In this document: positions 18,980-27,082 of the stretch, one piece after another
Position numbering within the stretch: position 1 is the first letter of the stretch
How the letters are laid out: every line of letters begins with the position of its first letter
Source: an uncultured Haloferula sp.
GTDB taxonomy: Bacteria > Verrucomicrobiota > Verrucomicrobiia > Verrucomicrobiales > Akkermansiaceae
Direction of reading: 5' to 3'
NCBI GenBank assembly: GCA_965652295.1
Contig: CBFGTS010000014.1
Span: forward strand, 32,001 to 96,000
DNA: 64,000 nucleotides
Program-made: the position numbers and the translations under genes
The notes under the pieces: generated by a model
The model's input: only the letters and a program-made list of their open reading frames with translations
The model's database searches: none
Told to the model about the DNA's origin: nothing

Positions 18980-21364
18980 ATGCGCCGCCTTCTCGCCCTC
19001 GCCCTGCTCGTCCCCCTCCCCGGGGCCGCCCAGGATGCTCCGCGCGCCATCCCCGTGGATCCCACCCTTGAGCAGGATCCCGCGCAGGACTGGTTCCAGC
19101 ACGGGCGGAATGTCTACGAGTCCGCCAAACGGGCCAGCGGCCAGACCCAGTTCGAGCTCTACGGTCGCTCGGCGGAGATCTTCACCGAGTATCTGAACCA
19201 TCACCCCAACCACGAGAACGCCGAGGCGGCTTGGTGGTATCTCGGTCAGTCCTTCTACAACACCGGCCGGGTCGACGACGCCAAACGCTCCTTTCACACG
19301 CTGCTCAACCGCTTCGGCAAAGGGCGCTACGCCGCGGCCGCCGCCTACACGCTCGCCGCCGACCATTTCAACAACCGGCAGTATGCGCTCGCGGCCACGC
19401 TTTTCGAAAAACTCGCCTCGATCGCCGCCAAGCCCGCCGACCGCCTGCGCGGCCACTACTACGCCGGGAAGAGCTATGAGCTGCTCGGCCAGGCACGTCC
19501 CGCCGCCCGCCACTTCAAGGCGGTCATCGACGATCAGGATCCGAACAACGTCTACAAAACCAAGGCCGCGCTCGACTACGGCCGGATCCTCGCCGCAGAG
19601 GGCAAGAACGAGGAGGCGCTGGCGCTTTTCGACGAAGTCGTCCGCTCAAAGGTCGAGGATGCCGAAACCCGGGGCGAAGCCGCTCTGGTCGCCGGCGCGA
19701 CCGCCGCGAAGCTCGGCGAGTTCGATCGCTCGGAAGACTACTTCCAGCTCATTCTCCGCACCCCGGGCATGGAGGAGCAGCGCCCCTTCGCCCAGACCGC
19801 GATGATGGCCTCCCACTTCGAGCAGAAGAACTACAAGGCGGTCGTCGACATCTTCCGCAGCAGCGCGATCAGCGCCGAGGGCGAAAACGAAGCCCGCCGC
19901 CTGATGCTCGCCGCCCGCGCCTACATGATGCTCGACCGCAATGCGGACGCGGTGCCTCTCTTCCGCCAGGTCGAGCGCATGGAACCGCCGGCCTCGCAAC
20001 GCGCCTTCGATGCCGCCTACTACCGGCTGCTTTGCTTCTACCGCATCGAGGGCCGCCACGTGCTCGAACAGGTCGATGCCTTTCTCCAGCTCTACAGCCA
20101 GACCTTCACCAAGGACCCGAAAATCCACACCGCCCGGCTGATGAAAGCGGAAACGCTTTTCGCGGAAGGCAAGGTCGAGGACGCGGCCGGCGTCTACCGC
20201 GAGATCGACGGCAGCATGCTTTCGGAGAAAAACCGCCGCGGTCTCGATTTCCAGCGCGGCCGCTGTCTTTTCGAGGCCGGGGACTTCGCCGGTGCGATCG
20301 AATCCCTGGGAAGCTTCATCGCCGATCACCCCGATGATTCCCGCCTTCCGCTGGCTCGCGCCACCCGCGGCCGGGCCCTTACCCGGACCGGTTCCGACGA
20401 ACGGGCCCTGAAGGACTTCCTCGCCGTGATCTCCAGCGCGGAGGACCGCAGCCTGCTCACCATTTCCTACCTCGAAGCGGCGGAGATCCACAAACGCCAG
20501 AGCAACTTGAAGGAGATGGTCGCTCTCTTCCAGCGCTTCCTTGAGGCCAAGGTCACCACCGATCCGGAATCGATCGCCAAAGCCTGCTACTGGACCGGCT
20601 GGGGCATGGTGAAAAACGGCAATGGCAGCGAGGCCATCGACTATCTCAACCGCGCCCGCGACCTCGCGCCGAAGCGCTACACCAAGCACGCCGGCCTGCT
20701 CCTCTGCCTCGTTCACCTTTCGGAAAAGAACCACCATGCCCTCATCCCCGAAGTCGGCAAGGCGATCGAGGATGGCTACGCGATCGATCTCCCCGAGCCG
20801 CTCATCCGCTGGGCCGCCGACCAGGCCTTCAACAGCGGCGATTTCCTCAATGCGGCGCGCTTTTACGATCTCATCGCCGATGGCGAGAACCCCGAACTCG
20901 CGCCGAAGGAAGTCTGGCGTTTCCTCGGCAAGGCACGCCTTCGTTCCGGAGATCCCGCCGGTGCCCTGATCGCGGTGAACCACGCTCTCGACGCCGAGGA
21001 AGACCCCGCGTGGAAGGCCGACGGCCTGGCGGACATCGCCGCCGCCCACCTGAAACTCGGCGAGCTCGACAAGGCGACGAAAGCCGTCGAGGAAGGCCTC
21101 GCCCTGCGTCCGGAAGGCCGCACCGGCGCCTGGCTCAACCTCGTGCGGGGCGACATCTACCTGGCGGAAAAGCAACCGCAGGAAGCCGTGCGGGCCTATA
21201 TCCTCCCGGTGCAGTTGATGGACGACGACGATCAGGTCGTCAAACCCCTCGCCTACCACAAGCTCATCCAAGCACTCAAGGCTGCCGGCAACACCGCGGA
21301 CGCCGCGAAATACGAGCAGGAACTCAAACGGAAGTATCCGAACTGGACTCCGCCAGCCGAATAG
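18980..21364 (+). CDS. Secreted tetratricopeptide-repeat protein
   Basis: Signal peptide MRRLLALALLVPLPGAAQ; many TPR-like repeats (AAWWYLGQSFY, HYYAGKSYE, FQRGRCLFE, CYWTGWGMV). Confidence 0.85.
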   Translation: MRRLLALALLVPLPGAAQDAPRAIPVDPTLEQDPAQDWFQHGRNVYESAKRASGQTQFELYGRSAEIFTEYLNHHPNHENAEAAWWYLGQSFYNTGRVDDAKRSFHTLLNRFGKGRYAAAAAYTLAADHFNNRQYALAATLFEKLASIAAKPADRLRGHYYAGKSYELLGQARPAARHFKAVIDDQDPNNVYKTKAALDYGRILAAEGKNEEALALFDEVVRSKVEDAETRGEAALVAGATAAKLGEFDRSEDYFQLILRTPGMEEQRPFAQTAMMASHFEQKNYKAVVDIFRSSAISAEGENEARRLMLAARAYMMLDRNADAVPLFRQVERMEPPASQRAFDAAYYRLLCFYRIEGRHVLEQVDAFLQLYSQTFTKDPKIHTARLMKAETLFAEGKVEDAAGVYREIDGSMLSEKNRRGLDFQRGRCLFEAGDFAGAIESLGSFIADHPDDSRLPLARATRGRALTRTGSDERALKDFLAVISSAEDRSLLTISYLEAAEIHKRQSNLKEMVALFQRFLEAKVTTDPESIAKACYWTGWGMVKNGNGSEAIDYLNRARDLAPKRYTKHAGLLLCLVHLSEKNHHALIPEVGKAIEDGYAIDLPEPLIRWAADQAFNSGDFLNAARFYDLIADGENPELAPKEVWRFLGKARLRSGDPAGALIAVNHALDAEEDPAWKADGLADIAAAHLKLGELDKATKAVEEGLALRPEGRTGAWLNLVRGDIYLAEKQPQEAVRAYILPVQLMDDDDQVVKPLAYHKLIQALKAAGNTADAAKYEQELKRKYPNWTPPAE

Positions 21365-21417
21365 GCGGAGCGCCGCACCGATGATGATCCCGGCCTCGGT
21401 GAGGCCGGCGGGTGGCC

Positions 21418-22518
21418 TCAGTCCAGGCAATCCACCAGCGCCGCCAGCACCAGGTCGACATTCGCCTGGGTCGCGGCGTGCCCCATGAGGCCGATCCGCC
21501 ACGCCTTGCCCGCAAAGGGACCGAGCCCGGCACCGATCTCGATGTTGTAGGTATCCAGCAGCCTCGCCCGCACCGCGGCATCGTCCGCCCCTTCAGGAAC
21601 GCGCACGCAGTTCAAGGTATGCAGCGAGTTTTCCGGGATGTACGAGAGGCCCAGTTCCTCCAGCCCGGCGCGCAGCCGGCGGTGAAGCAGGGCGTGGCGG
21701 TCCCAGCGTGCCTCCAGGCCCTCCTCCAGCACGATCGAGAGCGCCTCGTGGAGCGCGTACACCATGTTCACCGGAGCGGTGTGATGATAGGCCCGCTTTC
21801 CCTTGCCGGAGTAGTAGTCCCTCAGCAGCGAGACATCGAAATACCAGCTCTGCGGCTTCGATTTCCGGGCGTCGATCACATCGATCGCCGCCGGCGAGAA
21901 CGACACCGGCGACAAGCCCGGCGGGCACGAAAGACATTTCTGCGTGCCGGAAAAAACCGCGTCGATGTTCCACTCGTCCACCTTCACCGGATGTCCCGCC
22001 AGCGAACTCACGGCATCGACCACCAGCATGATGCCCTCTTCATGGACGATCTTGGAAATGCCCTCCAGCGGCTGGTGCGCGCCGGTCGAAGTCTCCGCGT
22101 GGACGATCGCCAGCGCCTTCGCCTTCGGCCGCCGCTGCACCTCCTCGGCGATCATCTCGTCGCTGAAGATCTCCCCCCACTCGACCTCGAGCTTGTGAAC
22201 CACCACGCCCGCGCGCTCCATCACGTCCGCCATCCGCTCCCCGAACAGGCCGTTGACGCAGACGATCGCTTCGTCACCGGGTTCCATGAGATTGGTCACC
22301 ACGCACTCCATCCCCGCCATGCCGGTCCCTGACACGGGAAAGGTCAGCTTGTTTTCCGTCATGAATACCTCGCGCAACTTCGCGCAGGTCTCGTCCATGA
22401 TCTCGATGTACCGCGGATCGAGGTGGCCCAGGGTCGGTGCACCCAGAGCACGAAGGACACGCTGCGACACGGTGCTCGGGCCGGGGCCCATCAGGATGCG
22501 TTCGGGAAAGGCGGTCAT
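21418..22518 (-). CDS. Alanine-glyoxylate / serine-pyruvate aminotransferase (class V PLP enzyme)
   Basis: LMGPGPS, VSGTG.AGME, VHAETSTG, VDAVSSL, SGTQKCLSCPPGL, YHHTAP, WRIGLMG. Confidence 0.93.
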   Translation of the reverse strand: MTAFPERILMGPGPSTVSQRVLRALGAPTLGHLDPRYIEIMDETCAKLREVFMTENKLTFPVSGTGMAGMECVVTNLMEPGDEAIVCVNGLFGERMADVMERAGVVVHKLEVEWGEIFSDEMIAEEVQRRPKAKALAIVHAETSTGAHQPLEGISKIVHEEGIMLVVDAVSSLAGHPVKVDEWNIDAVFSGTQKCLSCPPGLSPVSFSPAAIDVIDARKSKPQSWYFDVSLLRDYYSGKGKRAYHHTAPVNMVYALHEALSIVLEEGLEARWDRHALLHRRLRAGLEELGLSYIPENSLHTLNCVRVPEGADDAAVRARLLDTYNIEIGAGLGPFAGKAWRIGLMGHAATQANVDLVLAALVDCLD

Positions 22519-22687
22519 GAAAGTTGCGGTTAGGAGGCTTGCGCGTCGAACTCATCGCAAAAGACGCACGCCGTCAATTCCGCGAAAATTGGCTCTCCGT
22601 CAGATTTGCTGGTGGCTACCGGGCAGATTCCAACCTCCACCCGCGGGCTCAGCGATCGACAAACGGAGCGGCGAAACGCGTTCGCCG

Positions 22688-22712
22688 GTAGGGCCGAGCG
22701 GCCCGCTCGGCC
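22688..22712 (+). repeat. GTAG-type REP-like palindrome
   Basis: GTAG followed by GGCCGAGCGG-C-CCGCTCGGCC (perfect 10-bp arms). Confidence 0.6.
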
Positions 22713-22778
22713 GACTCGTTTCGGACTCCCGGTCGCGCCCACCCTCCCGACCAGGGGAGGCAGCGTGTTGGGGTGCTA

Positions 22779-22820
22779 GATCGTGGATGATCGATCGCAG
22801 ATGGCAGATCAAGGATCGCG
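22779..22820. repeat. Degenerate heptamer tandem repeat (GATNNNN x6)
   Basis: gatcgtg gatgatc gatcgca gatggca gatcaag gatcgcg. Confidence 0.65.
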
Positions 22821-23315
22821 GACCGAAGGCTAACGGAGCCACGGAGCGCCGATTATGAAATCGGCACCGCCTCACCCCACAGGATCTCTGCCTCAAGGAT
22901 AAACAGCTCCTCACCTCTCCCACCCCCCTGGGGTCACCCCCTCATCCGTTCTCGCCACAAGGCTTCGATGGCTCACAGGTGCAGAAGCATTCTTCTGGAT
23001 ACCGAGGCACTGAAAAAGACCGAGACCACCGGGTCCGGAAACCTCTCATCCTCCCTTTCTCCGTGCAGCTCCGTTTCTCGGTGATGGAAAAAGGCAACTT
23101 GGACCTCGGACGCCTGCATGAGGCCTCGGCCCTCGAAGATTCTACATGAACCCCTCGATCCGCGGCCACACCTCATCCGCATCCCGGCACGCTCGCTCCC
23201 CGCCTTGATCCCCTGCGACGATAGTTAGTGCCCGACTCCGCGGCACCCTCGACTCACCACCGGCGGAAGACTTCCAATATCTCCCCCAGCTTCCGCCCCC
23301 CGAAGCACACCTCCA

Positions 23316-23438
23316 CGTCAGCCGAAAATTCTCGAACCACTCCAGCACCAGCAAAAAACCGGATCTATCTTGATCCGACAATCCACGAAACTCCGCAAGA
23401 TCCTTTCTCCAGCACCAACGCGACTTCGAAGCGCGCAT
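23316..23438 (-). pseudogene. intI: Probable 5' stub of an integron integrase (catalytic domain deleted)
   Basis: MRASKSRWCWRKDLAEFRGLSDQDRSGFLLVLEWFENFRL is divergent from, and about 340 bp upstream of, attI. It resembles the N-terminal extension I recall for verrucomicrobial IntI. No tyrosine-recombinase motifs follow in any frame I checked. Confidence 0.55.
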
Positions 23439-23739
23439 GACTCGCGATCAAACACTTCCGATGATCCGGGTCAACCTTGAAGGTGTTCTTTAGAACGTCT
23501 TCATACCCGCCGAGGCACCCGACCGCCTCCGGGAAACTCCGCACGCCCGCAATCCGGCCCGCCGTACCGGAACCTGCCACGGTGTAGCGCAGCGGAGACG
23601 GGCTCCCGCGCAGTGATATCACCGCCGGCTGGCCACCCGGAAAGGCCCTCCCCGAACGGGCTGGATATCCGCACCCTCCGCGCAGAAAACCCTTGTTACT
23701 CAAAGGTTTTCCGCCAAATTCCCCTGAAAGGCTCTGGCG

Positions 23740-23780
23740 GATATCACCTCCGGAGACACTACGAATAAAAACTGTTCGCG
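23740..23780 (+). mobile_element. Integron attI site (crossover G/TT at 23774/23775)
   Basis: ACGAATAAAAACT-GTTCGCG; GTTCGCG (23774-23780) is the exact reverse complement of the R'' box CGCGAAC (24373-24379) ending the first cassette; no attC hairpin precedes it. Confidence 0.75.
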
Positions 23781-23795
23781 GAAGAAATTAAGACC

Positions 23796-24371
23796 ATGCC
23801 AGGAATCCCATTCCCAGCCTTCTGCACTAACCCAGCTTGCGGAACATTTTTCTTTGCTGACCGGGTAGTCGGCGTTCCAGACGGTTCGCAGGCAAGAATC
23901 AATGTGACTAATTTTGGCGTTGGTCCCTGCCCGAAGTGTGGCGATTTTGGGGCGGTTCCAGACGGAGTATATTCGCTCGTCGATGCGACCATCCGCGATC
24001 CGCACGAAGCGGAGCGGGTCCGTCGTTTCCTCGCGGTGATGGAGCGCCATATTCGATTCCCAACATCGCTACCGGAATTGATGAATGATCTTTCCGCTGA
24101 GGGGATCAAGCCGAGCGTTTGGCGACCTAAGAATGTAACCGAAGCAGTGGCTTTGATAGGTGCGGTCTTCATGCTACTTAGTTTTGCTTACGGCATTTAC
24201 AAGGATCACCGGGCCGATCCTCCTCCTCAGCGAGCGAGCGGCGAGATGAAGGAGGTGATTGAGATGATTCTCGACAGGACCATCCCGCCCATAACCCAAC
24301 AAGCCCCATCACCCACATCATCGCCGACACCACAAGATCCTCCGACACAGCCAGCCCAGCCAAAAGAATGA
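23796..24371 (+). CDS. Cassette 1: hypothetical protein with Cys4 (Zn-ribbon-like) N-terminus and one TM
   Basis: CTNPAC...CPKC; TM AVALIGAVFMLLSFAYGIY; lower GC; ATG 22 bp after the GTT crossover and stop immediately before attC. Confidence 0.75.
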   Translation: MPGIPFPAFCTNPACGTFFFADRVVGVPDGSQARINVTNFGVGPCPKCGDFGAVPDGVYSLVDATIRDPHEAERVRRFLAVMERHIRFPTSLPELMNDLSAEGIKPSVWRPKNVTEAVALIGAVFMLLSFAYGIYKDHRADPPPQRASGEMKEVIEMILDRTIPPITQQAPSPTSSPTPQDPPTQPAQPKE

Positions 24372-24372
24372 A

Positions 24373-24498
24373 CGCGAACAAGACGTGGGTGAGCAACGGC
24401 GCTGGCCGCTTCTTCTCGGAGTCGTTGGGACGTTTCACGCTTCCCTCCCTTCGTCGGCGTGCGGCTCCCGCGCCGTGCCACCACATTTAACGTTCGAC
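24373..24498 (+). mobile_element. attC site 1 (126 bp)
   Basis: R'' CGCGAAC ... R' GTTCGAC; left arm GTGG[G]TG[A]GCA[A]CGGCGC pairs with right arm GCGCCGTGCCACCAC, leaving three extrahelical bases. Confidence 0.88.
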
Positions 24499-24507
24499 CA
24501 AAACTAC

Positions 24508-24981
24508 ATGACTAAACGGAAAGAAATTTTACCCACCTGGATCAGGTTCTCCGCTTGGATATTTCTAATATTCGCGATCACCCCATTGGTCTTTCTGCTA
24601 GGGCTCACTGGAAAGATGAACGTGAGCATGACAGTTTTCGGCCTCGAGTATTCAGGATACACATCTCTTCACCCCGTTGCGATTTGGATTACGATTATTC
24701 TTTCGATGGCAGCGACCGTATCTTACGGCATTTTATGGGGTAAGGATTGGGCGGTCGATTCGGCCATCGTCTATACCATCCTAGCTCTCGCGACAAATTG
24801 CTTTGCGGTGGTATTTCGACTCACGGGAAACGAGATATATATCCCACTTGAGCCGCTGTTTCTGATTCCATTTTTAGTGTCGCTGATCCGTCGCCGAGAC
24901 AGATGGAAGCGCTATCCAGAAATCGAAGCGAAAAAGTCAGATGGCGAACAAGATAAGATGAGAAGGCAGGGAGGGCCATGA
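24508..24981 (+). CDS. Cassette 2: four-TM membrane protein (C-terminus altered by IS insertion)
   Basis: MTKRKEILPTWIRFSAWIFLIFAI...; four hydrophobic segments; AT-rich; reads through R'' (GGCGAAC, within D-G-E-Q) into IS sequence. Confidence 0.75.
   Translation: MTKRKEILPTWIRFSAWIFLIFAITPLVFLLGLTGKMNVSMTVFGLEYSGYTSLHPVAIWITIILSMAATVSYGILWGKDWAVDSAIVYTILALATNCFAVVFRLTGNEIYIPLEPLFLIPFLVSLIRRRDRWKRYPEIEAKKSDGEQDKMRRQGGP
24943..24954 (+). mobile_element. Left stub of attC site 2, interrupted by IS110
   Basis: GGCGAAC-AAGA matches the attC1 start (CGCGAAC-AAGA) and complements the cassette-2 start GTTCG; the sequence then switches to IS110 left end. Confidence 0.7.
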
Positions 24982-25907
24982 GTGGCCCCATGGTGTATTC
25001 TACCCGTTGCCATGAGAACGAACTCATCTACGACAACCATAGGAATCGACCTCGGCGACAGGAAGCACTCGCTTTGCGTGCTCGCGGGTGATGGAAAATC
25101 CTGACGGAGACCACCATCGCCAACACGCGGGAAGCAATGTCTCGCTTCTCGAAGGAATGCCCTGGCGCTTTGGTCGTGATGGAAATGGGAATGCAAAGTC
25201 CTTGGATCAGCCGCTTTTTCACGGATCTTGGTCATCGTGTGCTGGTAGCCAATCCCCGCAAGGTCCGCGCGATCTACCAAAACGATCGGAAGTGCGATCG
25301 CAAGGATGCGGCGATGCTCGCCAAGCTGGCCCGGGCCGACGAAACCCTGCTGGCTCCGATCGAGCACGGTACCGAGCAAGCACAGCTCGACCTCCTTCAG
25401 GTCAAGCTACGGGACAATCTGGTGCGCCAGCGGGTCGATGTGATTTGATCTCGCCGCCCCACGGCTCGCCCCCTGCGGGGCACGTCGCTTCGCTCCTGTC
25501 CATCCCGCTCCGCGGTATTCCGCGGTGCGCTTCACCCTCAAGAGCCTGGGTATCCGCCTGGGCTCGCCGAATACGAACGGCTTCGCCCGCCACGCACGGC
25601 GCGAGCTTACGGAAGGAAACGCCGGGATTCTCGGCGTTGATTGAGCCGTCGCTGATGGTCATTGAGGCCATGACGGCTCAGATCAAGAAGCTCGACGGCG
25701 CGATCGCCGAACTCGCCGCAGAGTCTTACCCCGAGACGGGTTTCTTACCCAGATCGCTGGCATCGGCCCGATTACCTCGCTGACATTCATCCTGACCATC
25801 GGTGACCCGGAGCGCTTTCGACGACCGCGAGACATTGGAGCTTATCTCGGACTGGTGCCCAAGTGCCCAAGCGCGACCAGTCCGGCGACACCGACAAGCA
25901 GATGAGC
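24954..25907 (+). mobile_element. IS110/IS1111-family element, transposase pseudogene (ATG 25012), 3' end deleted
   Basis: TIGIDLGDRKH, VVMEMG, LVANPRKV...KCDRKDA (DEDD RuvC-like), IAGIGPIT, IGAYLGLVPK, RDQSG. At least three frameshifts, a 73-bp insertion, and an 8-bp duplication (GTGCCCAA x2, 25855-25870). Confidence 0.9.
25446..25518. repeat. Short (about 73 bp) palindrome-containing insertion inside the IS110 transposase
   Basis: Removing it restores ...VDVI|SAVRFTLKSLG; it contains hairpin GCCCC-CTGC-GGGGC and introduces the TGA at 25446. Confidence 0.65.
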
Positions 25908-26156
25908 GAGCAGTCGCCCTTGGTGACCGAGCGCAGTAGAGCCAGGAGGAAGCCGGCGGCGCTGAATTTGTGGGAATACCTGAGGATGAGGCCTGATTTT
26001 CTTGCGATGGCGTCGAGATCTGAGAGGCTCAGGGAGAAGTTGGCACCGAACATGCCGATTTTGCCGGAGCCCCCTGCAGGGCAAGCTTTTTCTCAACCAT
26101 TCCACCATTCACAATGCTGACTATCAGTGACTTGCGTCGCTAGGTTTACGCAAATG
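25904..26156 (-). mobile_element. IS4-family left-end fragment
   Basis: Minus-strand LDAIARKSGLILRYSHKFSAAGFLLALL resembles an IS4 transposase N-terminus; terminus CATTTGCGTAAACCTAG (26156-26140) resembles IS4/IS231-type IRs; fused to IS110 at a GAGC overlap. Confidence 0.6.
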
Positions 26157-26257
26157 ACCCCTGACCCGCTTCGAGTTGGAGTACTCATGGCGCTCCCTCC
26201 TTTCCACCACTGCGATCACCGCACCCGATCAGGGGTGGCTGCGCTCTGACATTAGTG
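26157..26257 (+). mobile_element. Right-hand remnant of an attC site (R' mutated to ATTAGTG)
   Basis: ACCCCTGACC pairs with GATCAGGGGT; CCTGACCCGCTTCGAGTTGGA closely matches CCTGACCCGCTCCGAGTCGGA of the next attC; ends 7 bp before the FRG ATG. Confidence 0.7.
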
Positions 26258-26264
26258 CAAGCAA

Positions 26265-26978
26265 ATGGACGCGATTACTTCAGTTTCTCAACTACTCGGA
26301 TTTGCCTCTGGCAGCTACTTCGCAGAGTCACGCGGACGCTGGGTATTTCGTGGCCATTCAGACCGTCACTATACCCTGGTCCCCTCAGTAGGGAGAGGCT
26401 CCCACTGTTCACGAACACGAGTGGAACACGAGCGCAGCCTATTCGATATTTTCTGTAGAGAAGCACGCGGATACATCGGTGGATTTCCCGAGAATCCTTG
26501 GGAACAGCTTTCAGTCGCCCAGCACCATGGGCTGCCGACACGGCTGCTTGATTGGACACACAATCCTTTGGCTGCGCTCTACTTTGCGATTGAGTCCAAC
26601 TCGGATAGGGATGGCGAGTTCTTCGCGCTCCATGCGCCCCGGAATGCCTCGCTGACCAAGAGTGAGAGGGACCCATTCGAGATTCGTCAATCTGTGAAGT
26701 ATTATCCGAATCTTGTCTCTCCTCGAATCAAGGCTCAGGAAGGCCTATTCGTGGTTTGCTCACAGCCCGAATCTCCATTGGACGGAGTCCTTCGTTCCGA
26801 CTGGAGGCTTGAGCGCTACATTGTTCCGGCCGAAGCGAAAGAGCGCCTTCGGTATGATCTGTTTCGGGTCGGTATTCACGCTTCATCGCTGTTCCCCGAT
26901 GTTGATGGTTTAGCTTCGCGTCTGAAGTGGCAGCATACAGTAACAAGCCCTAGCAAGTCGCAGCACCCAACCGCCTGA
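26265..26978 (+). CDS. Cassette 3: FRG domain protein
   Basis: WVFRGHS...LVPSVGR, AQHHGLPTRLLDWT.NPL.ALYFA, PRIKAQEGLF, GI...SLFPDVDG. Confidence 0.92.
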   Translation: MDAITSVSQLLGFASGSYFAESRGRWVFRGHSDRHYTLVPSVGRGSHCSRTRVEHERSLFDIFCREARGYIGGFPENPWEQLSVAQHHGLPTRLLDWTHNPLAALYFAIESNSDRDGEFFALHAPRNASLTKSERDPFEIRQSVKYYPNLVSPRIKAQEGLFVVCSQPESPLDGVLRSDWRLERYIVPAEAKERLRYDLFRVGIHASSLFPDVDGLASRLKWQHTVTSPSKSQHPTA

Positions 26979-27073
26979 CCCGCTCCGAGTCGGATTTTCA
27001 CCGTGATTTCAAACCTCACCCCACAGTCAACGCGCGGCTGCCGTCAGGCGGTTGGTGTGCTATGACGTTAGCG
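26948..27073 (+). mobile_element. attC site of the FRG cassette (126 bp; R'' AAC changed to AGC)
   Basis: CCCTAGC-AAGTC-GCA[G]CACC[C]AACCGCCTGAC pairs with GTCAGGCGGTTGGTGTGC...GTTAGCG. Confidence 0.85.
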
Positions 27074-27082
27074 GAAGAATTT

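Noticed and set aside
25012..25140. Programmed frameshift expressing the IS110 transposase
   Set aside because: Several further frameshifts, an insertion and a truncation show ordinary pseudogenisation.
26054..26260. IS110 bridge RNA in the non-coding stretch after the transposase
   Set aside because: The stretch is better explained as an IS4 left end plus an attC remnant; the IS110 3' end is deleted.
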